Source: Actinomycetota bacterium (GTDB lineage Bacteria > Actinomycetota > Actinomycetes > Mycobacteriales > Micromonosporaceae). Taken from it: a DNA stretch of 24,000 bases. The translations under genes were made by a program, and so were the position numbers. Location: NCBI GenBank assembly GCA_005885555.1, contig VAWN01000043.1, positions 100,192 through 124,191 on the forward strand. Direction: 5' to 3'. Every line of letters starts with the position of its first letter. Position 1 is the first letter of the stretch. The notes beneath the pieces are model-generated. The model did no database searches and was not told where the DNA came from. It was given only the letters and a program-made list of their open reading frames with translations. Shown here one piece after another: positions 1 to 7,182 of this stretch.

Positions 1-90
1 GATCGCACTGGCGCTCGCTCCCGGCGGGTCGTAGCGTCGCGAATGAGGCCGGGGGACGATCCACCGGCCTTCTTCCGTCTGGAGGCAACG

Positions 91-909
91 ATGCCGGAAT
101 GGGACGCGACCACCTTTGACGCCAAGGACAACCTCCTACGCGTGGTACGGCACGAAGCGGACCGGTTCTTCGCGCTGGCCCAGGCTCCGGGCGCCTGGGA
201 GGCACCGACCGCCTGCCCGCGGTGGCAGGTGCGTGACCTGGTCGGCCACATCATCGACGTGACCGAGAGCTACTTCGTCGGCTTCGACGCCGCCCGCAGC
301 GGCGCCGAGCACCCCGACGCGTTCGGTACCCGGGCGATGCAGACCATGCTCGACGAGGGCGCCAAGGCGCACCGGGTGCTGAGCCAGGCCGACGCGGTCG
401 AGCGGCTGCGGTCCGACTTCGCCAAGCTGATGGAGCTGTGCGCGGCGCTCGGTCCGGACGAGTGGACCAACCTGGTGGTGCCGCACAAGTACATGGGTCC
501 GCTGCCGGCGTTCTTCTACCCGGTGTTCCAGCTCATGGACTACGGCGTGCACTCGTGGGACATCCGGCAGGGCACCGGCCGCGCGCACGGCCTCGACGGC
601 GACGCCGCCGACCTGCTCACGCCGTTCATGCTGATCCTGTGGTCGGCCACGACCGACATCCCGGCGGGCGCCGAGCCGTGCGAGATCGGGGTACGGGTCA
701 CCTCCGGGCACAACGCCGGAAGCTGGCGGCTGACCGCCGGGCCGGACGGGCTGAGCTACGCGCCCGGCGAGGTCGACGGGCTGCCGGCGACCATCGAGTT
801 CGACCCGGGCAGCTTCGTGCTCACCGCGTTCGGGCGCAGCAACTCCGGTACCATCCGGGGCGACACGGCGACCGCGGAGCGCTACCTCAACCTGTTCTTC
901 CGGATCTGA
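91..909 (+). CDS. DinB-superfamily / mycothiol-dependent maleylpyruvate-isomerase-like protein (TIGR03083-type)
   Basis: Lies in ORF 43..909. The N-terminal motif 'WEAPTACPRWQVRDLVGHI' is typical of the MDMPI_N/DinB fold. GGAGG sits 6 nt upstream of the ATG at 91, which favours 91 over 43. Third codon positions are mostly G/C. Confidence 0.65.
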   Translation: MPEWDATTFDAKDNLLRVVRHEADRFFALAQAPGAWEAPTACPRWQVRDLVGHIIDVTESYFVGFDAARSGAEHPDAFGTRAMQTMLDEGAKAHRVLSQADAVERLRSDFAKLMELCAALGPDEWTNLVVPHKYMGPLPAFFYPVFQLMDYGVHSWDIRQGTGRAHGLDGDAADLLTPFMLILWSATTDIPAGAEPCEIGVRVTSGHNAGSWRLTAGPDGLSYAPGEVDGLPATIEFDPGSFVLTAFGRSNSGTIRGDTATAERYLNLFFRI

Positions 910-917
910 GGCGACCG

Positions 918-1403
918 ATGGTCGACTACGCCAAGCTCGACGAGGCGCGCGACGCGATCCGCGCGGCACACCTGCGGGCGGACCGCCCGGAGAGCAGCGC
1001 CCGCGGGCTGCACCACGTGGCGCTGCTGTCCTCCGACGTGGAGCGGACCGTCCGGTTCTACCAGGACCTGCTGGAGTTCCCGCTCACCGAGATCTTCGAG
1101 AACCGCGACTACCGCGGGTCCAACCACTTCTTCTTCGACATCGGCAACGGCAACCTGCTGGCGTTCTTCGACTTCCCCGGCCTGGACCTCGGGCCGTACG
1201 CCGAGGTGCTCGGCGGGCTGCACCACATCGCGATCTCGGTGCAACCGCAGCGCTGGGAACGGCTCAAGGACAAGCTCGACGAGGCCGGGGTGGAGTACCA
1301 GACGGAAAGCGGTACCTCCATCTACTTCCGCGACCCCGACGGCGCCCGGCTGGAGCTGATCGCCGACCCGCTCGGCGAGATGTACGGCACCGTCGTCAGG
1401 TGA
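918..1403 (+). CDS. VOC-family (glyoxalase/bleomycin-resistance/dioxygenase fold) protein
   Basis: In-frame ATG at 918 inside ORF 438..1403, preceded by GAGG. The sequence 'GLHHVALLSSDVERTVRFYQDLLEFPL...GLHHIAISV...YFRDPDGARLELI' shows the paired beta-alpha-beta-beta-beta VOC signature. Confidence 0.8.
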   Translation: MVDYAKLDEARDAIRAAHLRADRPESSARGLHHVALLSSDVERTVRFYQDLLEFPLTEIFENRDYRGSNHFFFDIGNGNLLAFFDFPGLDLGPYAEVLGGLHHIAISVQPQRWERLKDKLDEAGVEYQTESGTSIYFRDPDGARLELIADPLGEMYGTVVR

Positions 1404-1911
1404 GCGCCGCGACCTTGGCCAGGGCGGCGCGCAGGACCGGCGCCCCGGCCGGGCCGGTGTAGCGCAGCACCACGACGGTCCGGCCGGCCCGGGCGGCGAC
1501 GAGGTACCCGCCGGTGAACTCCACGAGGTAGCCGGCGGGCCGCCGCTGTACCACGAACGCACAGCTGCCGAGGCGGTACCGCAGGTCGGCCAGCACGTCG
1601 CCGGCCGGCCGGGCGGCCGCCTCCCAGACCAGGGCGCCGGTGCCCACCTGCCGGTACCGCCGCTTCACCGCCCCGTCCCACCCGGCCGCCGGATCGGCGA
1701 GCAGCGCGGCGCAGGCGTCCCCGGCGGCCGGCCCGGACAGTGCCGTCTCGGGCGCGAACCCGGGCGGCAGGTCGTCGGCGGTGAGCAGCGCGGCGGCCGG
1801 CGGCTTGGTCACGGTCGGGACGACCGGCACCCCGATGAACGCGAAGCCGGCGAGAATCACCAGGCCCAGCGCCGTGCCGCCCAGCCCGCAGCGTACGGCG
1901 GCGCGGAACAC
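1396..1911 (-). CDS. hypothetical membrane-anchored/secreted protein (N-terminal TM helix, two Cys)
   Basis: This is the C-terminal part of the artefactual 1162-aa minus ORF. It has very high GC3. The first usable start is the GTG at 1911 (VFRAAVRCGLGGTALGLVILAGFAFIG...). I recognise no family. It overlaps the convergent VOC gene by 8 nt. Confidence 0.5.
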   Translation of the reverse strand: MFRAAVRCGLGGTALGLVILAGFAFIGVPVVPTVTKPPAAALLTADDLPPGFAPETALSGPAAGDACAALLADPAAGWDGAVKRRYRQVGTGALVWEAAARPAGDVLADLRYRLGSCAFVVQRRPAGYLVEFTGGYLVAARAGRTVVVLRYTGPAGAPVLRAALAKVAALT

Positions 1912-1989
1912 ACCGGTTTCAACGCTTGATCGGGCGGTGGCGTAACGTCGCCGTAACGGGAGCGGAGGAGACTCTCCCGAGGGTGAGGG

Positions 1990-3351
1990 GTGGAACCAGT
2001 GGACCGTCAGCAGGAGTTCGTGCTGCGCACGCTTGAGGAGCGGGACATCCGCTTCGTGCGGCTGTGGTTCACCGACGTGCTCGGGACATTGAAGTCGGTG
2101 AGCGTCGCGCCGGCCGAGCTGGAGGCGGCGTTCGACGAGGGGATCGGGTTCGACGGGTCGGCGATCGAGGGGTTCGCCCGGGTACACGAGTCGGACATGG
2201 TGGCGATGCCCGATCCGACGACGTTCCAGGTGTTCCCGTTCGAGGGCGGGGTCAGCGGGGAGAGCGCCCGGATGTTCTGCGACATCCTGCAGCCGGACCG
2301 CTCGCCGTCCTGGGCCGACCCGCGGCACGTGCTGCGCCGGGCGCTGTCCCGGGCGGCGGAGAAGGGCTTCACCTTCTACACCCATCCGGAGATCGAGTTC
2401 TTCCTGCTGGAGGCGCTGCCGGTGGACGGCTCCCCACCGGTACCGGTGGACGCCGGCGGTTACTTCGACCACACCACGCACGCGGTGGCCCGCGACTTCC
2501 GGCGCCAGGCGGTACTGGCCCTGGAGCGCATCGGCATCTCGGTGGAGTTCAGCCACCACGAGGTCGCGCCCGGCCAGCAGGAGATCGACCTGCGCTACGC
2601 CGACGCGCTGACCACGGCCGACAACGTCATGACGTTCCGGCACGTGGTCAAGGAGGTGGCGCTGTCGCAGGGCGTGGAGGCCAGCTTCATGCCCAAGCCG
2701 TTCACCGACCAGCCGGGCTCCGGGATGCACACCCACCTGTCGCTGTTCGAGGGGGAGCGCAACGCCTTCCACGACCCGGGCGACCCGATGAAGCTGTCCA
2801 AGGTCGGGCGGGCGTTCATCGCCGGGCTGCTGCACCACGCGCGGGAGTACACCGCCGTCACCGACCAGTGGGTGAACTCGTACAAGCGGCTGTTCCCGCA
2901 GGCGCTGCCCGACCGGATCACCGAGGCGCCGGCGTACGTGTGCTGGGGGCACCTGAACCGCTCGGCGCTGGTGCGGGTACCGGCGTTCGGCAAGCCGAAC
3001 TCCGCCCGGGTCGAGGTGCGCTCGCTGGACTCGGCGTGCAACCCGTACCTGTCCTTCGCGGTCCTGCTCGGTGCCGGGCTCAAGGGCATCGAGGAGGGGT
3101 ACGAGCTGCCGCCCGGGGCGGAGGACGACGTGTGGGCGCTGTCGCCCGAGGAGCGCAAGGCGATGGGGTACGCCCCGCTGCCGGAGAACCTGTCCGAGGC
3201 GATCGACGTGATGGCCGGCTCGGAACTGGTCGCCGAGATCCTGGGCGAGCACGTGTTCGAGTTCTTCCTGCGCAACAAGCGCAGCGAATGGGAGGAGTAC
3301 CGGCGCGAGGTCACCCCCTACGAGCGCCAGCGCTACCTCGGCATCATGTAA
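1990..3351 (+). CDS. glnA2: glutamine synthetase, GlnA2-type (GSI-beta-like, 453 aa)
   Basis: Carries 'FVRLWFTDVLGTLKSVSV', 'GFDGSAIEGF', 'FMPKPF...GSGMHTHLSLF' and 'NSYKRL..PAYVCWG..NRSALVRVP', which are classic GS motifs. It is syntenic with glnE as in mycobacteria. GTG start at 1990 follows GAGGG; GTG at 1999 is an alternative. Confidence 0.88.
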   Translation: MEPVDRQQEFVLRTLEERDIRFVRLWFTDVLGTLKSVSVAPAELEAAFDEGIGFDGSAIEGFARVHESDMVAMPDPTTFQVFPFEGGVSGESARMFCDILQPDRSPSWADPRHVLRRALSRAAEKGFTFYTHPEIEFFLLEALPVDGSPPVPVDAGGYFDHTTHAVARDFRRQAVLALERIGISVEFSHHEVAPGQQEIDLRYADALTTADNVMTFRHVVKEVALSQGVEASFMPKPFTDQPGSGMHTHLSLFEGERNAFHDPGDPMKLSKVGRAFIAGLLHHAREYTAVTDQWVNSYKRLFPQALPDRITEAPAYVCWGHLNRSALVRVPAFGKPNSARVEVRSLDSACNPYLSFAVLLGAGLKGIEEGYELPPGAEDDVWALSPEERKAMGYAPLPENLSEAIDVMAGSELVAEILGEHVFEFFLRNKRSEWEEYRREVTPYERQRYLGIM

Positions 3352-3418
3352 CCCCCCGGCCCCCCGCCCCGGCCCCCAGCCGCCCGCCCGCTGCGCGGCG
3401 CGGCGCGGCCGCCCCGCC

Positions 3419-3486
3419 GATCTTGGAGTTGTGTCGGGGACATAAGGGATGCCGCTCCGCGAGTCGGGCACCACAAGTCCAAGATC
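3419..3486 (+). repeat. 68-bp palindrome-ended intergenic repeat, copy A (MITE/REP-like)
   Basis: Termini are GATCTTGGAGTTGTG ... CACAAGTCCAAGATC (about 15-bp imperfect inverted repeats). 60/68 positions are identical to the reverse complement of 16176..16243. It lies 68 nt downstream of the glnA2 stop. Confidence 0.8.
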
Positions 3487-3534
3487 GACGCGGTCGGGGG
3501 GTTTGTGTCGGACCCCGGCGCTACGGTGCCGGGC

Positions 3535-4227
3535 ATGAACCGCACCGACCGGCTCTACGCTCTCGTCGAGGAGCTGCGCGCGGCCTGCCCGCGGCCACGC
3601 AGCGCGCGCTGGCTGGCCGACCGCTTCGAGGTGTCCGCGCGCACCGTCGAGCGCGACATCGGCGCGCTCCAGCAGGCCGGGGTGCCGATCTACGCCGAGC
3701 CCGGGCGCACCGGCGGCTACGTGCTCGACAAGACGCGCACACTGCCACCGGTCAACGTGTCGCCGGCCGAGGCCGTGGCCATCGCGGTGGCGCTGGAGGG
3801 GCTGCACGGCACGCCGTTCGCCGACGCGGCCCGGTCGGCCCTGCGCAAGGTGGTCGCCGTGATGCCGGCGGCCGACGCCGGCGCGGCGCGTGAGATGGCC
3901 GGGCGGGTGGTGCTGCTCGGCGATCCTTCCGCGCCGCGGGTACCCACGGCCGTCGCCCGTGCGCTGTCCGCGCACCGGGTGCTGCGGTTCGGGTACCGGG
4001 ACCGGCACGGCGCGGCGACCATCCGGCTGATCGAGCCGCTGGGCTACATCGGCGGGCGCGACCACTGGTACCTGCTGGGCTGGTGCCGGCTGCGCCAGTC
4101 GACGCGCTGCTTCCGGCTGGACCGGATCGTCGACCCGGTCGCCACCGACGAGGTCGTCAAGCCGCGCCCGGTCGACTTCGCCGCGTTGCAGATCCCGCAC
4201 CAGCTGCGCGCTCCGGCGCTTGTCTAA
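3535..4227 (+). CDS. HTH + WYL-domain transcriptional regulator (YafY-like)
   Basis: 'MNRTDRLYALVEEL...LADRFEVSARTVERDIGALQQAGVPI' is an HTH_11/DeoR-type N-terminus. 'HWYLLGWCRLRQSTRCFRLDRI' is the WYL signature. I chose the ATG at 3535 because family members begin with the 'R.DRL' helix. Confidence 0.85.
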   Translation: MNRTDRLYALVEELRAACPRPRSARWLADRFEVSARTVERDIGALQQAGVPIYAEPGRTGGYVLDKTRTLPPVNVSPAEAVAIAVALEGLHGTPFADAARSALRKVVAVMPAADAGAAREMAGRVVLLGDPSAPRVPTAVARALSAHRVLRFGYRDRHGAATIRLIEPLGYIGGRDHWYLLGWCRLRQSTRCFRLDRIVDPVATDEVVKPRPVDFAALQIPHQLRAPALV

Positions 4228-4967
4228 TGGTTGCGGAGGAACGCCTCGATGGTGGTGGAGGTGGCATCGTCGAGCAGCGAGATGCCGTGCAGGCCGCCGA
4301 CCTCCAGGTCGACCTTCTTGTCCGGCGAGGGGCAGGCGTCGTAGAACCGCTGCGCGTCCGCGCCGGCCGTAACGTCGTCCTTCGCCGCGACGAAGAACAC
4401 CGGAGCGGTCAGCTTGCGCACGGCGGCGAGCGCGTCGACGCCGCTGATGTCCGTATGCGCCGACAGGCTCACCACGCCGGCAACAGGCGGCCGGGCCTGC
4501 GCTGCGGCGGCGAGCACCGCGTTGGCGCCCATGGAGGCGCCGACCAGGAACACCTTCTGCACGCTGCGGCGGCGTAACGCGTCGATGCCGGCGATCACGT
4601 CCTGGTCCGCCGGGCCGCCCGAGTAGTCGAAGACGAGGGCGCGGTACCCCTTGGCCAGCAGCGGGCCGACCCACCCCTTCCAGGTGCACAGGGTGTCGCC
4701 GGCCTGGTTGGCGAAGACGATCCCGGTGCCGCCGGCACCGAGTACCACGCCCTGCACCGTCGCGCCGTTGCCGACGTCGAGCGCCACGCCGCCCAGGCGC
4801 TGCTCGTCGTCGCTGACGCAGCCCTCGGCGGGGGTGGGTACCGGAGTCGTCGTCAGCGAGGCGTGCGGCATGCCGGCGCCGCACCCGCTGAGCACCGTGG
4901 CCACCAGCACGGCGCCCACCGGCACGGCGGCCACCAGCACGGCGCGCACCGCGAGCCGTCCCCTCAT
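4224..4967 (-). CDS. alpha/beta-hydrolase lipoprotein (dienelactone-hydrolase-like)
   Basis: Signal peptide with lipobox 'LSGC'. Nucleophile elbow 'GASMG', with later 'AAKDD' and 'GGLHG' as candidate Asp/His. The start at M19 of ORF 4224..5021 gives a canonical signal peptide. Confidence 0.7.
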   Translation of the reverse strand: MRGRLAVRAVLVAAVPVGAVLVATVLSGCGAGMPHASLTTTPVPTPAEGCVSDDEQRLGGVALDVGNGATVQGVVLGAGGTGIVFANQAGDTLCTWKGWVGPLLAKGYRALVFDYSGGPADQDVIAGIDALRRRSVQKVFLVGASMGANAVLAAAAQARPPVAGVVSLSAHTDISGVDALAAVRKLTAPVFFVAAKDDVTAGADAQRFYDACPSPDKKVDLEVGGLHGISLLDDATSTTIEAFLRNH

Positions 4968-5053
4968 GCGGCGCACTTTAGCCGCAAACACCGACAGGAC
5001 GCTGTCGCGGCCGCCCGGCACGCTGCGTTGGTCAACCCACGAAGGAGGCTCCG

Positions 5054-5434
5054 ATGGCCACGATGACCCACGGGATCGGCTGGTTCGAAATCGGCACCGA
5101 CAACCCCGAGGCGGCGCAGCAGTTCTACGGCAGCGTGTTCGGCTGGACGTTCGCCGCCGAAGACGGTCCGGTGCCGTACCACGTCGTCACCACGCCGGCA
5201 CCCGACTCGATCAAGGGCGGGATCTTCCCGACCGGCGGGCAACTGCCGAACTACGCGGTGTTCTACATCGTCGTGCAGGACGTGGCGGCCACCTGCGTGT
5301 CGGCCGAGGCGGCCGGCGGCAAGGTCGTCGTACCGCCGACCGAGGCCGGCGGCGGGCTGGTGTTCGCCCAGCTGCTCGACCCGTCCGGCAACCGGTTCGC
5401 CGTGTACACGCCGCCCGCCGGTCAGGACTCCTGA
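5054..5434 (+). CDS. VOC-family protein (small glyoxalase-like, 126 aa)
   Basis: 'GIGWFEIGTDNPEAAQQFYGSVFGW' and 'LLDPSGNRFAVY' are typical of single-domain VOC proteins. A strong RBS (GAAGGAGG) lies upstream of the ATG. Confidence 0.8.
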   Translation: MATMTHGIGWFEIGTDNPEAAQQFYGSVFGWTFAAEDGPVPYHVVTTPAPDSIKGGIFPTGGQLPNYAVFYIVVQDVAATCVSAEAAGGKVVVPPTEAGGGLVFAQLLDPSGNRFAVYTPPAGQDS

Positions 5435-6354
5435 CGCCCGGCCGGTGCGACGGTGAGGGTACCGGCGGCGACGTCGAGCGTCGCCGGTACCCCGAGCGGC
5501 ACGGTCAGCTGCCCGAAGCCGTGCCCGACCGGCAGCCCGCCGAGCACCGGTACCCCCAGGTCGCCCAGCCGTTCGGCAAGCACCTCGGCGACGGTGACCG
5601 GCCACTCGTCGGTGCACCGGGTGAACTGGCCGACCGCGAACCCGACGACCCCGGCGAGCGCGCCGGCCCGGCGCAGCTGGGTCAGCATCCGGTCGACCTT
5701 GTACGGCGCCTCGTCGATCTCCTCCAGCAGCAGCACCGCGCCGCGCAGGTCGGGGAAGTCCGGGGTACCCAGCGTCGAGGAGAGCAGGCACAGGTTGCCG
5801 CCGAGCAGGGTACCGGTGACCGCCGGCCCGCCCACCACGACCGGCCCGGTCTCCGCGGCCGGATCCGCGGGTACCACCACCGGCTCGGCGCTCATCAGCG
5901 CGGCCCGCAGCGAGTCGGCGGACACCTGCGGGGTACGCGCGTCGATCCACGCCGCCCCCGGCCCGTGTACCGTGGCCAGCCGCGCCCGCGCCCACAGCGC
6001 CAGCTGCAGCGCGGTGATGTCGGAGAACCCGACGACGAGCTTCGGATCGGCCCGGACCGCATCGATGTCCAGGCCGTCGACGATGCGCTGCACGCCGTAC
6101 CCGCCCCGGGTGCAGACCACCGCCCGGACCGCCGGGTCGCGCAGGGCGGCGTTGAGCGACGCGAGCCGCTGCGCATCGGTACCGGCGAAGAAGCTGTGCC
6201 GCCCGTACACGTCCGCGCCGAGCACCACGGTCAGCCCCCAGCCGGACAGCAGCTCGGTGCCCCGGGCGACCCGGTCGGCGCTGGGCGGGCCCGCCGGCGA
6301 GATCAGCATCACCGGGTCGCCGGGCCGCAGGACCGGCGGCTGCAGTATGGACAT
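5422..6354 (-). CDS. S66-family LD-carboxypeptidase (LdcA/MccF-like serine peptidase)
   Basis: Starts 'MSILQPPVLRPGDPVMLISPAG'. Has 'GGYG', the nucleophile motif 'VGFSDITAL', 'LLLEEIDE.PY..DRML.QL' and a C-terminal 'GHG'. ATG at 6354 lies within ORF 5422..6969. It overlaps the convergent VOC gene by 13 nt. Confidence 0.85.
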   Translation of the reverse strand: MSILQPPVLRPGDPVMLISPAGPPSADRVARGTELLSGWGLTVVLGADVYGRHSFFAGTDAQRLASLNAALRDPAVRAVVCTRGGYGVQRIVDGLDIDAVRADPKLVVGFSDITALQLALWARARLATVHGPGAAWIDARTPQVSADSLRAALMSAEPVVVPADPAAETGPVVVGGPAVTGTLLGGNLCLLSSTLGTPDFPDLRGAVLLLEEIDEAPYKVDRMLTQLRRAGALAGVVGFAVGQFTRCTDEWPVTVAEVLAERLGDLGVPVLGGLPVGHGFGQLTVPLGVPATLDVAAGTLTVAPAGRQES

Positions 6355-6372
6355 CGCCCGGCAGCTTAACCC

Positions 6373-7182
6373 GTGTCGTTGGATAGCCTGAGGGGCGTGG
6401 CGAGCGACCGCACCCCCGTGACCAACCGGACCCTTGTCGTGGAGAACGACCCGACCGACGACGCGCGCCGGCTCGGCGGGTGGCTCACCGAGGGCGGCCT
6501 GGCCCTGGAGGTCTGCCGGCCGCACGCCGGCGATCCGCTGCCGGAGCAGCTGGACGGGTACGCCGCGCTGGTCGTCCTCGGCGGGGAGCAGCCGGCCTAT
6601 CCGGCGCCGGACGGCACCCCGGGGGCGCCCTGGTTCCCGGCGCTGGAAGGGTTGCTGCGCAAGGCGGTCCGGTACGAGGTGGCGACCCTCGGGGTGTGCC
6701 TGGGCGGGCAGCTGCTGGCGGCCGCGCTCGGGGGTACCGTCGAGCGCAGCGCCGCCGGGCCGGAGATCGGGCCGCGGCTGGTCGCCCGCCGCGACGCCGC
6801 CGAGCGTGACGCGCTGTGGGCACCGGTACCGCTGGCGCCCGACGTCCTGCAGTGGCACCTCGACGAGATCACCGAGCTGCCCGCCCGGGCGACCCTGCTC
6901 GCCGCCTCGACCTACTACCCGCACCAGGCGTTCCGGGCTGGTACCCGCGCCTGGGGGCTGCAGTTCCACATCGAGTGCGACACCGCGATGGTGGCCGACT
7001 GGGTGGCCGGCAACCCGACCGCGCTGGCCGAGCTGGGCATCGCACCGGATCGGCTGGTCGCCGCGTGCGACGCGGTCATGCCGGACCTTGCGGAGGTGTG
7101 GCGGCCGTTCGCGCTGCGGTTCGCCGCGATCGCACTGGGCACGCTGGCTCCCGGAGCCGGCCGCGAGCTTCCGGTGTTATGA
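6373..7182 (+). CDS. class-I (type 1) glutamine amidotransferase-like protein
   Basis: Has 'LVVLGG', the nucleophile elbow 'GVCLGGQLL' and 'GLQFHIE' (His/Glu of the triad). The start is uncertain (GTG at 6373, 6397 or 6418). The stop overlaps the glnE start (ATGA). Confidence 0.75.
   Translation: MSLDSLRGVASDRTPVTNRTLVVENDPTDDARRLGGWLTEGGLALEVCRPHAGDPLPEQLDGYAALVVLGGEQPAYPAPDGTPGAPWFPALEGLLRKAVRYEVATLGVCLGGQLLAAALGGTVERSAAGPEIGPRLVARRDAAERDALWAPVPLAPDVLQWHLDEITELPARATLLAASTYYPHQAFRAGTRAWGLQFHIECDTAMVADWVAGNPTALAELGIAPDRLVAACDAVMPDLAEVWRPFALRFAAIALGTLAPGAGRELPVL

Noticed and set aside
43-90. Upstream ATG at 43 as the start of the first CDS.
   Set aside because: The ATG at 91 has a well-spaced GGAGG, and the extra 16 residues (MRPGDDPPAFFRLEAT) are not part of the conserved DinB/MDMPI N-terminus.
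3535-4227. The WYL regulator as a marker of a phage-defence system (BrxR/CapW-like).
   Set aside because: None of the adjacent genes resembles known defence effectors such as nucleases, cyclases, methyltransferases or ATPases. The neighbours are hydrolase/VOC/peptidase enzymes. I keep it only as part of an accessory-block observation.
1396-4884. Giant 1162-aa minus-strand ORF. Similar very long ORFs include 21005..23836(-), 10772..13477(+), 6434..8560(+), 14193..16154(+), 8286..10199(-) and 17945..19573(-).
   Set aside because: They run antisense or out of frame to genes with unmistakable conserved motifs (glnA2, MMPL, acylase, glnE, glnA1, AspRS). Their translations are low-complexity Arg/Pro/Gly/Ala strings typical of stop-poor high-GC frames. 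Only the short terminal parts that carry real signals were kept (1396..1911; the RDD gene 15756..16154).
1396-5434. Overlapping convergent gene ends (1396-1403, 4224-4227, 5422-5434) as something unusual.
   Set aside because: Such few-nucleotide 3' overlaps are ordinary in compact high-GC genomes. I noted them only as evidence that no terminator hairpins fit there.
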